Notes under the pieces: model-generated
What the model saw: the letters and a program-made list of their open reading frames with translations, nothing else
Databases searched by the model: none
Told to the model about the DNA's origin: nothing
Made by a program: the position numbers and the translations under genes
Origin: Marsupella aquatica
Lineage: Eukaryota; Plantae; Marchantiophyta
Assembly: GCA_973895155.1 (NCBI GenBank)
Contig: OZ316893.1
Coordinates: 8,208,963-8,272,962, forward strand
Direction: 5' to 3'
Length of the DNA: 64,000 nucleotides
Shown: positions 41,251 to 53,590 of the stretch, one piece after another
Position numbering within the stretch: the stretch's first letter is position 1
Layout: each line of letters opens with the position of its first letter

Positions 41251-42149
41251 TTGCTGGGGAACTACAAGAGAAGAATACAATTGTCCACCCTGCAATTAGA
41301 CACGTGGACTGTCGTGTAATAGTCAACTGATAATGCTCAGATGCTCATCATCCTGCACACACAGTAGATATGATAAAAATTACAATTTAGGAGACCTCGT
41401 TGAAAGATTGAAAGGCGCTTGAAGCTTACAGTACATAGAGTAATAGTCAACTACAGTAATAACGGTCACCATCGTCTGGTACATAGATTTGGCAGATTTG
41501 TCAATTTGACTGCCCTCCAGCACTCCACCAGCTAAATTTTCAAGGTTTTTCCTCCAGTAGTGGGGACTACAGTAGGGGCACCATAATGTTAGGATTATTC
41601 CAAATCTAATTTTACTAATTATTTTTCCACTAGGGATATTCTTTGTTAACCTTAAGTAGTTTTTGTTTATCATCAGATCTCCTTGGATTTAAAGATTATG
41701 GTTAGCTTTTGATTAATGGGGTCTGTGGCTAGGTGTGAAACATGCTATTGGAAGATAGAGATGTGGCTAATTGTGGTCAAAATGGTGGAAACTTTGTAGA
41801 GAGGTGGAATTTACCTACTTGGGGCCACACACAAAGAGAATGCTGCTCTCCGCCCAGCTACCCCAGATAGAAGACCAGCAAGCCAGGAGGGCAGCATTGC
41901 AAGGGCGTAAGTCAGAGGGGCACTGGTGAGCCATGGAAAGTGAAAATCCTCCAAAAACTATTATTCTTGATCCCACATGCCCCAAAAAATCTGCCCATTA
42001 GAGCGGCCTCCAGAATGCCAGAGGATTGCACACAATAGGCAAATGACCCTATCTCCAAACCATATGATCCTCTACCATAGAGACAAATAGGTTCGCTCAT
42101 GTTAAAATTAGTTCTTTCTAAATTATGAGTTCAATCCCCATGCATTGCA

Positions 42150-42465
42150 CAGAAGATGTTGTTGGTAAACATTTTGTTGCATTAGAGATGTTGTTAAGTA
42201 AAAGATTTTGTTAAGCAATATATGTGGTTGCCCAAAAAATGTCATTAAGTAATAGATGTCATTTTGCAAAAGATGTCATTCAGTAAAATATGTAACTAAA
42301 CAAAACTTTTGTTAAGTAAATATGTGATTGCTGAAAAGATGTTGCAAAGTAAGTATGTTTGCTCAAAAGATGTTGTTAAGTAAATATGGTTGCTCAAAAG
42401 ATGTTGTTAAATAAAATATGTGGTTTCTCAAAAGATGACATTGTGGAAAAGATGTAGTTGAGAAA
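42150..42465. repeat. Degenerate short-period array (aagatgttgttaagtaaa-like)
   Basis: About 10 imperfect copies of (a)agatgt(t/c)(g/a)ttaagta. Confidence 0.7.
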
Positions 42466-43342
42466 AATCATCATGCTGCAAAAGATGGTAGAAGGAAGAG
42501 CAGTGCATGATATAGCATGAATGATTGAGGGAGGAGCACTCTGTAGGAGGGATGGCTGAGGGAGGAGAGTAGAGGGAGTAGCACTTTGTTTGCATGGATT
42601 GGATGCTAAAGGGAAGACTGTCTTTTTTCTTCTAACTTGGAAAAATGTGCATCTACTTTTTCATTCACATTCCTTCGCACCAAATCTAATTCACTTGTCC
42701 TTTATTCCTTCCACTTTTTGCAGTTTCTGTTTTTTTCACCCAAAAATCCATTCCAAATTTGAATGACTACCAGTGCATAAAAAGGCGGAACATTGTATTA
42801 TAGTTTTTGGTGGGCAATCCCACAAGTAGGTTGATATTTTCTCCTCTTAATTTTTTAGGCAATATAGTATTTTCTCCTTTGAGGTCATAGCCCAATGCTA
42901 TAGCAAAGTTCTCTGTGATTCAATTTTATCATGTGACATAATTAAATGGAAACACTAATACATTAATGCGTAAACACAAAATGTTTAGAATACTCCTGAA
43001 ATATGCACATTAAATGTTTTCTCCCAAATGTCTTTTTTTGTAGTTTAGGGTACGAGACCATGCAAATTTTGTCCGGAATAAAGATTATCTGGTGGTGACC
43101 ATTTCTGGTCCACTCTCCTATTCTTATAATATGGTGCAAGCAAATATACAGCTGGGTTATCATTTACTGAACAGGATTTACACACAATGACCAAGGTCAA
43201 GGCAGGGTTCTAGACTTTAACCTGCTACCTGATGTTCAAAAAAACTTTCCTATAGTAGTTGGTAAGTTTATTGTAACATTTAGACTTAAAGTTACGGCCT
43301 AGTAACCCCCCATACATTGGTTATCTTCTGCTTCCTTAAAAT

Positions 43343-44041
43343 TTGGGTTTGTCTTGAGACTCAACTTTTCAGTAATCATTTTTTTGTTGGGTGAACCTGA
43401 ATTATGTCCCTAGAGTATCCAATCATAAGCCATTTTTACCCAGTTTAGGGTACGAGAACACTTCCTTGAATTGTGGAAAGTGAAGCCCAGATGGACCATG
43501 TTTAGACACTAGGCTCCAGTGGACCACATTTTAGTGGTCCATGTGAGTTTTGAGCTCATAACTTGATGACTATGGGTTTTAAATAAATTCTCAAAATTGC
43601 ACCTGCAAGGCAATTAGAGAAGTAGGGAACTTCAATAAACACAATGAAAAATAATCTAATAGATTTACCCCTTCACATTCCATGATGAATAACTCAGCCA
43701 AATGGTCAAAAATTCACTGTCACTTGGATGGAAGTGTAGCTTACCCTACTCTAGGCATCCTCAAAACTAAAAAAATTAAATTTATGAATATCAAAATTAT
43801 TACAATTGAACTCAAATTTTGGGAGATGATATCCATGGAGTTTCAAACTACCAGTAAGTTGCGGTCCATGGGAACATCACCATGTGAATTTTAGTTTTCT
43901 GAATTTTGTTGTGGTCCATTTTGTTGTGGTCCATGGGAACATCACTTTGTGAATTTTGGTTTGGTCCTGGGACGCAACTTTTCAATAATCATTTATTTTT
44001 TGGGTGAACCTGAATGTCCCTACGGTTCTCCAATCGTATGT
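43343..44041. repeat. ~90-bp direct repeat pair about 615 bp apart
   Basis: ttggg..tgtc.tg.gac.caacttttca.taatcatt..tttgggtgaacctgaat..gtccct at ~43343-43430 and ~43955-44041. Confidence 0.7.
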
Positions 44042-45245
44042 CAGAAGTCAGGACGGGATGGAGTATGAAGCACTGTAGAGGTATAGGTGTAGATGAGCTA
44101 TACCGTAGGTAGCTAAAATTAATGAAGGAGAGGGCCAGAGGGGGCGAACGAACGAGAGGGTGCGAAATCAATCATCAGCGGCAGACATGACTGAAGCCAC
44201 TGAAGCCACTGTTGGCTGTGGCAGTGTGTTGAGGCGATTTCGTCGGCAGAAATTGGGGCTGCTGAATGAGACGCACGACTGGAATCGTAGCCCAACTGTC
44301 CTCACACCCACTCTCTTTTCTCTCTCTTCCTTCCGCAGTTCCGCCTCCAATCCCTCCATCCCATCCAACCCTTCAACAGCACTCTTGGGAGCTGCGAACT
44401 TGGGATGCGCCCACAACGAGAAGCTTTTCTGATTTCGTTCATCGAGGCTGCTGCTGCTTCTGCTGCTTCTTCTGCTGCTGGCTGCTGCTGCTGAGTGTCG
44501 GAGTGTTGACACTGGCATCGACGTACGACGAAGTGGGTCGTCAGCTGGAGGGAATGAATTATTAGGTACGAATTTAGAATGAATGTAGGGCTCAAGGGGA
44601 AGAGCTAAACAGCCAGTGATACGGTGCAGTACTGGGCTGCCTCGCACTCGCGTTGGAGGCGGCCTTGAGTTCTTCAGGTTCCAGGTGTGTAGGGCGTCGA
44701 AGAGCTCGTGCTGTCGTCGTTTATTACCCATTTGCCAGTGAAGCTAGAACTTGTATCGTTTACCTGGATTGATGACTCTCGTACAGTCGTGTGAAGGCGG
44801 AGAATAGGGTAGACTGGACTGGACTGGATGTGGACTGGACTTTTGACAGGATTGTCAGTGGCAGAGGAGGGGGCGGTGACAAATCTGGTAGATGGAACAG
44901 CATGCATAGTGACCCTACATGTTCGTGATTATCTTCAGAACCGCTCCCGGACATTCTTCTCGTGTGGATACTGGCTGCGAGGGAGCTGATTGAACGAGTG
45001 GGCACGAGGTGATAAGTCGTGGTGGGTAGAAGGCGCATCAACACACAATCTTTGGTACTGGATAGGACAGGGGAGGCGAGGGGAGGGGAGGGGAGGGGAG
45101 GAGTACTGTAGCTTGGTATCAAATCTGAGCATTATTGCTTGCAATCTGTGCACTTGGACAAGAAGGGGGAGGCAAGGTGGCGGGGAACACAGATTATTGT
45201 AGTTCTCTCAAAGCTAAGAAATTTGTTGTCGACTGGGGCCTCTCT

Positions 45246-48200
45246 ATGGGGAAGCCGTTTGTGAGCAGCCAGCTAGAATTGGCGAGGAATCGGCAGAGGG
45301 ACTCGCTTGACATCTTTGGGCAAACCTCCCTGTTGCAGCAACAACACCGGGCACCAGGCTCTCATACGAATGTGCCTCTCTTCTCAAAGGTTCCCGGGTC
45401 TGCCTGGGATAATGCTCTCAAAGAGGCAGAGCGGCTTCTGGAGGGGAACCACATCCCCACCGGAAGACCGTCAAACGCCAAAAGATTGGAGCAACGATCT
45501 GGGGAAGGGCCCCCAGCAGCTGCTGAAAAACCGAAGGACTACAGAAACGACGCAGGAGTGACTGTGGAGCAGCAGGAACAGCAGAGGAGCTCTCTCAACG
45601 ATCTCATAGGCCGTCTTGAAGAGGCTGAGAAGGATCCAGGACTGGCGTCCAAGCAATGGACAGGAGTGGTCGAAGAGTCTTTCCGGATGGACGAACATGC
45701 CGAACGACAACAACAACAGCAAACACACCAACTCCACCAGCTATCTCACCACCAGCTATCTCACCATCAGAGGCATGAGAGTAGTGATGGGTATGACAGT
45801 AGGAGGAGCCGGAAGTCATCTGAATCCTTAACCACCCGGTCTGAAGTCTCGGAGGACTTCATGCAGGAGAGGGCAGCACAGTGGGGCTATGGTGTGGTGT
45901 TGAAGGGCTCGTCCAGGGAATCCACTCCTCGGACGTCCGGTGGGTCTTCAACCGGAGGAAGGAGTAGAGCCGGTAGTTCCAGCTCACAAGCCATTCCCGT
46001 AGTATCCAGAGATGTCAAGGACGCTCTCTCCTCATTTATGCTCGCTTTCCTGGTCTGCGATGCTGCCGACCCTGAGATGCCAATTCTTTACGCCAGCGCT
46101 GGATTCACCTCAATGACAGGATACGCAACTGATGAGATTGTGGGGAAGAATTGGTGAGTCTTTTCACCGCTCCTAATATGTGAAGATCGCATTGCACTTT
46201 CAGTAGCTGCCTGAGTTGCATATGAGGTGGAATTTAATGCCTCAGATTTTCTGTGTGTACTTGATCTGTATCCATGTTTTAGTCAACACTGTCCATTTAC
46301 TGAGTAGATCTACATAATTTCGATCTACTTCTGTGAAGCAAGGCGGATCTGGTGCAGCGACCCCTTGTGAGGAATTTGTTCCTTTCGTAGTAAATGAAAT
46401 CAAAATATTCCGGGAATGTCAGCGAGGGACTCTTCAACTAGAGTTGTCCTGAGTCCAAAACCCTGATTTGGCTGCGCCAAGAATATGAAAGGAGAAACAA
46501 CACCGAGTGCCCATCAGATATAGCTAGGGATGATATTTCGATCTATCTATCTCGCCTGTGTGTATTCTCCTTCATTTGTCTTGGACAAGACAGCTAAATT
46601 AGGGATGGCTTTGGACTCAGGAGGGCATCGTAATATGTATATTTTCTTATTTGTTTTTTTGGGGGAGGAAATTGTGGACCACGACTTGACTGTAAAAACC
46701 TGCGATCACTAATCTACATAGTCAACACGTGAAAGCGAAGAAAGGATGATGATGTTTCGAGGTCACTGAAGGAATGGATGTCGTGTGGTGGGATCTATAT
46801 GGCAGTCGGTTTCTGCAAGGGCCTGACACAGATCGATTGGAAATAGCTAAGGTCAAGAAAGCTTTGAACAATGGTAGCATTTACACCGGCACAGTGTTGA
46901 ACTACAAGAAGGACGGGACTCCTTTTTGGAATCTCCTGACGCTGTCGCCGATTAAGGACGACGATGGGAAAATCATAAAATATATTGGGTGAGTGCATCT
47001 CATTGGCGATGAATTTCTTTTGAAATTTGTGATTGTCCTCAATGATTGGCAGAAATATGGGGAAACTAGAGTACCTTGGCGATGACCTTAGATTGACACT
47101 GATTTTGTCCTCACAGGCAGGAATAGGGGAGACTAGAGTACTCATCGTTGGTCTCTTGTGTTTGAGATTGGACCTCAGGGGCAATAATTACAAAATGTCA
47201 ATCAGATCGCCGGCCAAAGTGCAGCGTAGAACGTGCCTGAAGCTCAGTGCGAATGATTTAGATCCAGCTTCAGTTTCCGCCGGTGCCCCTTTTGTTGGTC
47301 TTAGGCATGATAAGCACGATTAGCTAAGTCAAATCGAGACGTCATGTCAGAACCGTAATTACAGTTCATGGAACAGAATCCGCGAAGAATTAGTTAGCAC
47401 GATTAAGTCACGATCAAAAATCCCTGTAGAGCCAGTAAATTGTTCATTGACAATTTCTTCACACAAGACCGAATATTACGCGAGAATTCGCCGTAGGTAA
47501 AACTCGGGAATAGGTTGTCAAACAAGAGTAGAAAGGGATGTCAATCCTGAAATCCAGTTCGAGAGAAAGGAGATGGAAATGAATTAAGGAATAAGATTTA
47601 TTGCGAAAAGGATCGTCAATTGAAAAAATATTTATCTTGGACGCTGCTGGTCGGAGAGTCGAACAGAATCATGCACAGGCTCTCTAGATTATTTCTCCGC
47701 TAGACAGTCTATTCTAGACGCTTAGTAGTTTTGATATCGTGCTTCACTTGGTCACATTCTCTTCACTTATGGTTTTGAATCAGGGTTTGATTTTTTGCTT
47801 TTCATTCGCGAATTTATGCGTGGAAGGTTAGCAATGTTCTGCAGGCCGTTCATGTTGATCACAGAAAAACAAGTACTGAACATGTTAACCCTTTGGGGGA
47901 TTGTTTGGGTCTTTACAGAATGCAAGCGGAGCAAAATTCGAACGAGTCGCAGCCCAGGAACGCGAAGGGGCAGAAGTCACCTGCAGTACGAGCATCACCG
48001 GGTCCTTCTAAGCTGTCTACTTCTTCGCAAGATGGCAACGAGAAACAGAAGAGGACATCAGAGGAAGCTGGCCCATCCCAACGCCGTAATTCTGCCGGAA
48101 GCGCATCCACGCCCAGGCCTCCACTTGTTCCACAGAAGGCTTCACCTGCTCCTACTCCTACTCCTGCTACTGCTGCTTCTTTTTCAGATCGCTACAACTG

Positions 48201-49637
48201 TGGACCAGAACTCCGAGCTGACGAGGACCAACCGAAACGAATGAGCCAGCGCTACTCCTTGACATCAAATCCGACGAGAAGTACTCGCAACAGCGCAGTT
48301 GAGGAGTTTCGACAGTCACATCGCTCGCGCAACAGCTCAGTTACGAGCTCTGCTGAAGACTTCCAGCACACACAACATCGGAGGGAGGCTGCTGCTGCGG
48401 CTTTGCAATTAAGAGAAATGGTGCTTAATGGTGGCAAGTCTTCGAGCTCTTTCGAGACCCCCGGGACGAGTACCAGAAGGGATTCCCAAAGCAGTGCAAG
48501 CAGTGAGAAGAGCAGGATGTCCATTAAAAGTGAAAAGAGCAAGACCAATCGTTTGACTTCACGAATTCTCCGTCTCTTTAGGTACTGCGCTTCTCTTCCG
48601 TTCAGTCCCTCTCAGTGGACTGCATATTTTATATTGATTTTGATCTACAACCAATAGATTCTAGTTGATCTTGAATGTTATGAGTGCGTTAGGTTTGCCT
48701 AGGACATTCCTTATGAATCAGTATACACTTTTCTCAAAAGTTACCTATGATGCGTTGATTTCTGGTTGATGGTCCACCGATAGAATAAACTACTGTTTTT
48801 TAAGCAAAGTCTACTTTTGATACTTTGGTTATAGTTAATGCTCCATTGAACTAATGTACAGATTTTACAGCCAAGGGAAGTTAGTGATAATACTTGGAAT
48901 TCTGGATTATGGTCCTAAAGCAATACGTAAGGGTCTTGTGTATACTGACACATTAATCTGCAGTCTAAACAACTATATATCGTGTCTATTTGTTACGTTT
49001 ACGTGAGGTTTCTTCATTGCTATGCTATTGGTCATAAATATGATCGACCTTTGTAGTGCATCTGTTAGGGCAAATACTCACGGACTCAAATTTTATCTTG
49101 GATGTTTGCAGGAGGGATTCAAAGGTATCGAAAGGGCGAATGGAAGAAATGACAAGAGGGAAAGACGTTGTGGAGCTTTCGGCCTCCGATGATGAGGAAG
49201 ATGACTTCGACGACAACTCAGCTCGGGGTTCAGAGGGTCGTCGCCATTCTTCTGTGGGTTCTTACTCAACCACATCACAAGCAAGGCTGGAGGCTCCCGT
49301 TGACGACCTTGCAGAGAGGCTGGCGCGTATGACCATGGGCGTCAACGGCGCAGGGCAACAGATGTCCTCAGCTAAACCCGCTTTTGATGGGAGCAAGCAG
49401 TTCTGTTTTGTGGAGTCTTCAGCTCCACCTGCCTATGATGGAAGCAAACAGCAATTTTGTATCGTCGAGCCCTCATCTTCATCTGCCTATGATGAGCACA
49501 AGCAACAGTTCGAGCCCCCATCTTCACCTGCCTACGATGTGAACAAGAAACAATTCTGTCTTGTCGAGCCCTCAGCTCCACCCCCACTGCCTTTTAATGG
49601 TTCCAACAAGCAACAATTCTGTATTGTACACACATGA
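45246..49637 (+). CDS. Phototropin-derived single-LOV (LOV1-type) protein, paralog B, ~759 aa, no LOV2 or kinase
   Basis: Hand-built exons 45246-46153, 46806-46988, 47919-48581, 49112-49637. All introns are GT-AG and phase 2; total 2280 nt, open frame. Contains ERAAQWGYGVVLK, IPVVSRDVKDALSSF...YASAGFTSMTGY...GKNC|RFLQG...LNYKKDGTPFWNLLTLSPIKDDDGKIIKYIG|MQAE, and ends KQQFCIVHT*. Confidence 0.87.
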
Positions 49638-52117
49638 GTTGCCTCTTTCTTTAGACCACGGAGATCCCCTTGGGTTGCAGCAAGCCTCGCACCAGTACTC
49701 AAATTTTCATTTGATCTCTTGGAGCATTGTGAGAGGTCTGTGCCCTCTTCGTGCAGGGACGACACTTGGGCAAATCGCCAATTCATTAAAACAGGAATCC
49801 TTTCTCCACCTTGAATTCGATTCAGTGTCGTCAATCTAGAAGCCCGAAGTATGGATGCTTTCCCCAGTTGTACAGTGAGCGGCTGGTCGGATCTTTTCGG
49901 GACCTGCTGGCAGTCTAAACCTCGTCGTTCTGAAGAGCAACGCAAGTCGGATTTTCATGCTGATGGGCAGACGAGGGTTTATCGCAAGCGAAGGGGGTTG
50001 GTTCCCTTTTGGATGGAGGGATTGAAAGCGCACTCCCAGGTCCACGTATTCAGTGCGTAGTAGATCGTTCTACTAAGGCACAAGTTATTGATTTCAACAG
50101 TTTTGACCTATTTCGAAAGAGTTATTCTTGTCCCAGAAAATACTGTTCGTACATAACTGGTACATTTTATATTAGCGAGGCAGCTATAGACGATTGTGCT
50201 CCCGAATCCTGTCAAATTATTGGCCTCACAGCTTGGTAGTGGATGATGCAGATGACGTAGCTGATTTAGGATGATTGATGGGAGACTTAGATACTCCCCT
50301 TGTACATGATTGTGACTTGTATATTATTTTGGCTTTGGAGGGCGTGGCGTTGAAAGCTGAATGTAGGAGGCCCTACAAAGCACAACGCGTTCGTTTTCTT
50401 ACAGTATTCCTGGTCAGAACTGGATTGTGGTGCGTGAAGTCCTCTTAATGAGATTGTCGTTCGTGAAGCACCTGTAATTGTAAATAAGTTTGGTTCGGAT
50501 TTCCTTCGTTCTTCACTACTTCTGTTGAATGATTTTGTCAGTCGCATGTGCATTTGTTAAAATTGACTCGCGTACTCGTTGCACTTAAAGTTTTACGGGA
50601 TTGAGCCTGAGCAATAGCCCTGATTTTATGTATTGTTTCTCTCATCCACGCGCTGAACGTTTTGAATCATTTCTTCCCCTGATATGATGTTGTGCATTCT
50701 ACCAGTGTTCTAATGAAAGTCAGTTGACGTCTCCTCTGAGAGACTTGATGGCCTGTGGGATTTGGGGCGCTTGGTAAACTCAGCTCGCCATGGAGAACTT
50801 GGCTCTTGGGGCTAGCTTAATTAATTTCTTTGTTTTCTGAGGATTGTGGTCTCACCAAGGCTTGGCTGGCTGTACTACGGCTTATTGGACAAACTTGTCC
50901 ATGCTTCGTTGTCAACTGTTTCTGTTTGTATCGAGTTACACAGCTATTGCTGTAGAGAGAGCGGGATGAAACTCGTTAGTACTTTGGGACTGAATCTAGA
51001 CGGCCACAACGCATAAACCTTCTCCCCTCCGCAACCCGTAGGACACTGCTGGCATTACCAAACAGTTGCATGTAGCGAAGGTGGATTGATGAGGAGTTCA
51101 AGATCCTTTGTTTCATCCACGATGACTGGAAATTTCCAAGTCAAGTGCTGGCTCATTGTGCATTTTGTAGTAACCTCTCTCGACCTCCCTTTCTTGTGTG
51201 GTGTTGGGTGGGAGGGAAGAGGCGGCTAATTGGTTGCTTTTTTAAATGGTACGTGCACCTAAAATCTGGAAAGGGGCAGAAGTTCTATTTTCTGAACCCA
51301 TAGCGTGTTTCGTGCTTCCAAAAGGGCTCATTTACATTTTGTGTTCTGTCCCAAAGACACCACGCACAAAAGTGTTGCTGCCTGGTCCATGAGCAGCGGA
51401 GGACGAGTCCGGCTTGATACCATAATTGTGTATCTCGCACACAGCGTTAAACAATCCACAGTTTGCTTGCTGGTCCATATAGATCAAATCCAACTTAGGA
51501 ACATATATTTCGGCTTTAGAGTCCTGTTACTTGCTTGAATTTGGGGAATAGTGTCTATCTATCTACAACTATAATAAAGGATATTTTATTAGTCCTTCGT
51601 CCTAACATAAAAAATCTTTTGGGTTAGAAAGATCCACAACTGTTGGATTTGATTAGGTGTTTTCACTGACCATTTATGGAAGAAATGTGCACCCCTAGCT
51701 CATATGTGTTTCCTGTTGCCCCATAAATACCCTGACCTAACTCCATATGGGCCGGCCCTCCTTGCACAGTGCAACACACTAACATATGGCTCGTGTACTC
51801 ATACTACTCATGAATGCCCGAGCATGTGCTCTGGCCCATGGTGCTCCACCCGTTGCCTTCCCCACATGTTGCTCTCCCCTGAAACTTGTCATGGTCGACT
51901 GGTTCACTTGGTTCACTCCTCGAGAGTTAGAATCTGCTGGTTTACTCTAGACCTAATGCTCTATAACACTTTTGTTTGAGAATTATTAATTAGATGCTTA
52001 AATGGAAAGGGGATGCAGCTGGACAATTATTTGAGCTTGCTGGAAGGTCCTCTCTTGGATATTTGGAGGGAGAGGTTCTAAAACTAACTAGCCCGAAGCT
52101 TGTCCCTTTAATAAAAG

Positions 52118-52522
52118 ATATTGAGGTGAGAAAAGATGTTGAAATGAATAAAAGATGTCAAATTAAAAAATGTAATTGGGAGAAAAAGAAATGGAGTTGA
52201 AAAAATGACATTGAGGTGAGAAAGATGTCGAGGTGAGAAGAAATATAAAGATGAGGAAAAAATGACAAGAAGAGAAAAGATGTCCAGAGTGAGAAAAAAT
52301 ATATTGTGTTGAGATAAAATATCAAGGTGAAAAATAGATCACAAGATGAGAAAAAGATAAAATGTACAACTGAGAAAATATATAGAGGTGAAAAACAAAT
52401 GTCAAACCAGGTGAGAAAAAATCTCATAAAAAAGAAAAAAATGTCAATAGTGAGAATCATGTAGTGGTGAGATAAATAAGTCAAAGTGAGAAAAATGGTG
52501 AGAATCATGTATTGGTGAGATA
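52118..52522. repeat. Degenerate A-rich array (gaggtgagaaaa-like)
   Basis: Many imperfect gtgagaaaa / gtgaaaaa units at ~20-35 bp spacing. Confidence 0.65.
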
Positions 52523-53149
52523 ATTAATTTGTGGACCCCCATGTTCATCCAAGGAATGTGTGCATGATGAAGTGAAATCAGTTTTCAGCAAGGCAGTGAC
52601 TGACGGTTTTGAGTCTCCTGATGGTGTTGGTGTGTACTTGTATAAAAGAACTCAAAAGATAGAGGAGATTTATCAAACAAAAGGTTGAATGTAGAGGAAT
52701 TGAGTTTTTTTGACGATTTTTGCTTACACATTGAAGAAATTGTGTTTTTACCATTCTTGATTGATAATTTGTGAGTTACATTGAGCATTACCGCCACAAG
52801 ACAAACTGGAGGACAACACTTAGCTGTTGGCAAAAGAGCGCTTGTCGATTTGGTGGGAAGAACACATAAAATGAACGAGCCATCACTTCACACGAAGGAT
52901 TTGTAGTTTTTTTATTTAAGAAAATTATGGTGTGAGGGGGAGACCAACAATTGTTTCTTTAACATAAAGGTTGCATTTGGCGTCAACATGTCTTCACAGT
53001 GAGCTTCAGTTGAAGACTAGAGGGATGCAAACAATTCAAGTCAGGAAGCAAGCATTTTGTGGACAAGCGATGACGATGTAATAAAAGAAATCAATTTGCA
53101 ACGGCTAAGTTTTCGACAATGACGAGATTGTGATATCTCTTATTCGAGA

Positions 53150-53590
53150 AAGTGTTTCCAATGAGCATCAGATTGACATATTTTGTAAAGTTCTAAATGA
53201 GTTTTTGAATTCTTTGCCTTTCCAATGAGTGTGAGTATAAGAAATTTTGATCATGAGTTCATGAATTCTTTTCGCTTTCCAACATTGAGTTCGACATTGT
53301 CAGATTTTGTCACGGTAGTAAAGAGATCATGAGGTTTTCAATCTCTTTAGCTCTCTAATGTGTGACATTGAGACTATTTGTCAAGAATTAGAGAGATCAT
53401 GAGTATCTGAAAATTCTACAGCTTTCCAATGAACCTAACATTGATAGATTTTGTCAAGTACTAAAGAGATGATGAGTTTTTAATTTTTCTCTAGCTTTCC
53501 AATGAGAGGTCTATGTTTCTAAATCTTGATCTTGAGTTTTCCAATAAATCAAACATTGACAGATTTTATCAAGTACTAAGGAGATTGATT
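53150..53590. repeat. Degenerate ~60-70 bp tandem repeat
   Basis: Recurring tttccaatga, acattga.agattttgtca and agagatcatgag motifs. Confidence 0.55.

Noticed and set aside
44168-44731. 187-aa minus-strand ORF upstream of paralog B
   Set aside because: Low complexity (a ctg/cag microsatellite), no domain and no splice partners; more likely the promoter or 5' UTR of paralog B.
45246-45266. N-myristoylation of the conserved MGKPFV start
   Set aside because: Gly2 is present, but Lys3/Pro4 and the lack of Ser/Thr at position 6 fit the consensus poorly.
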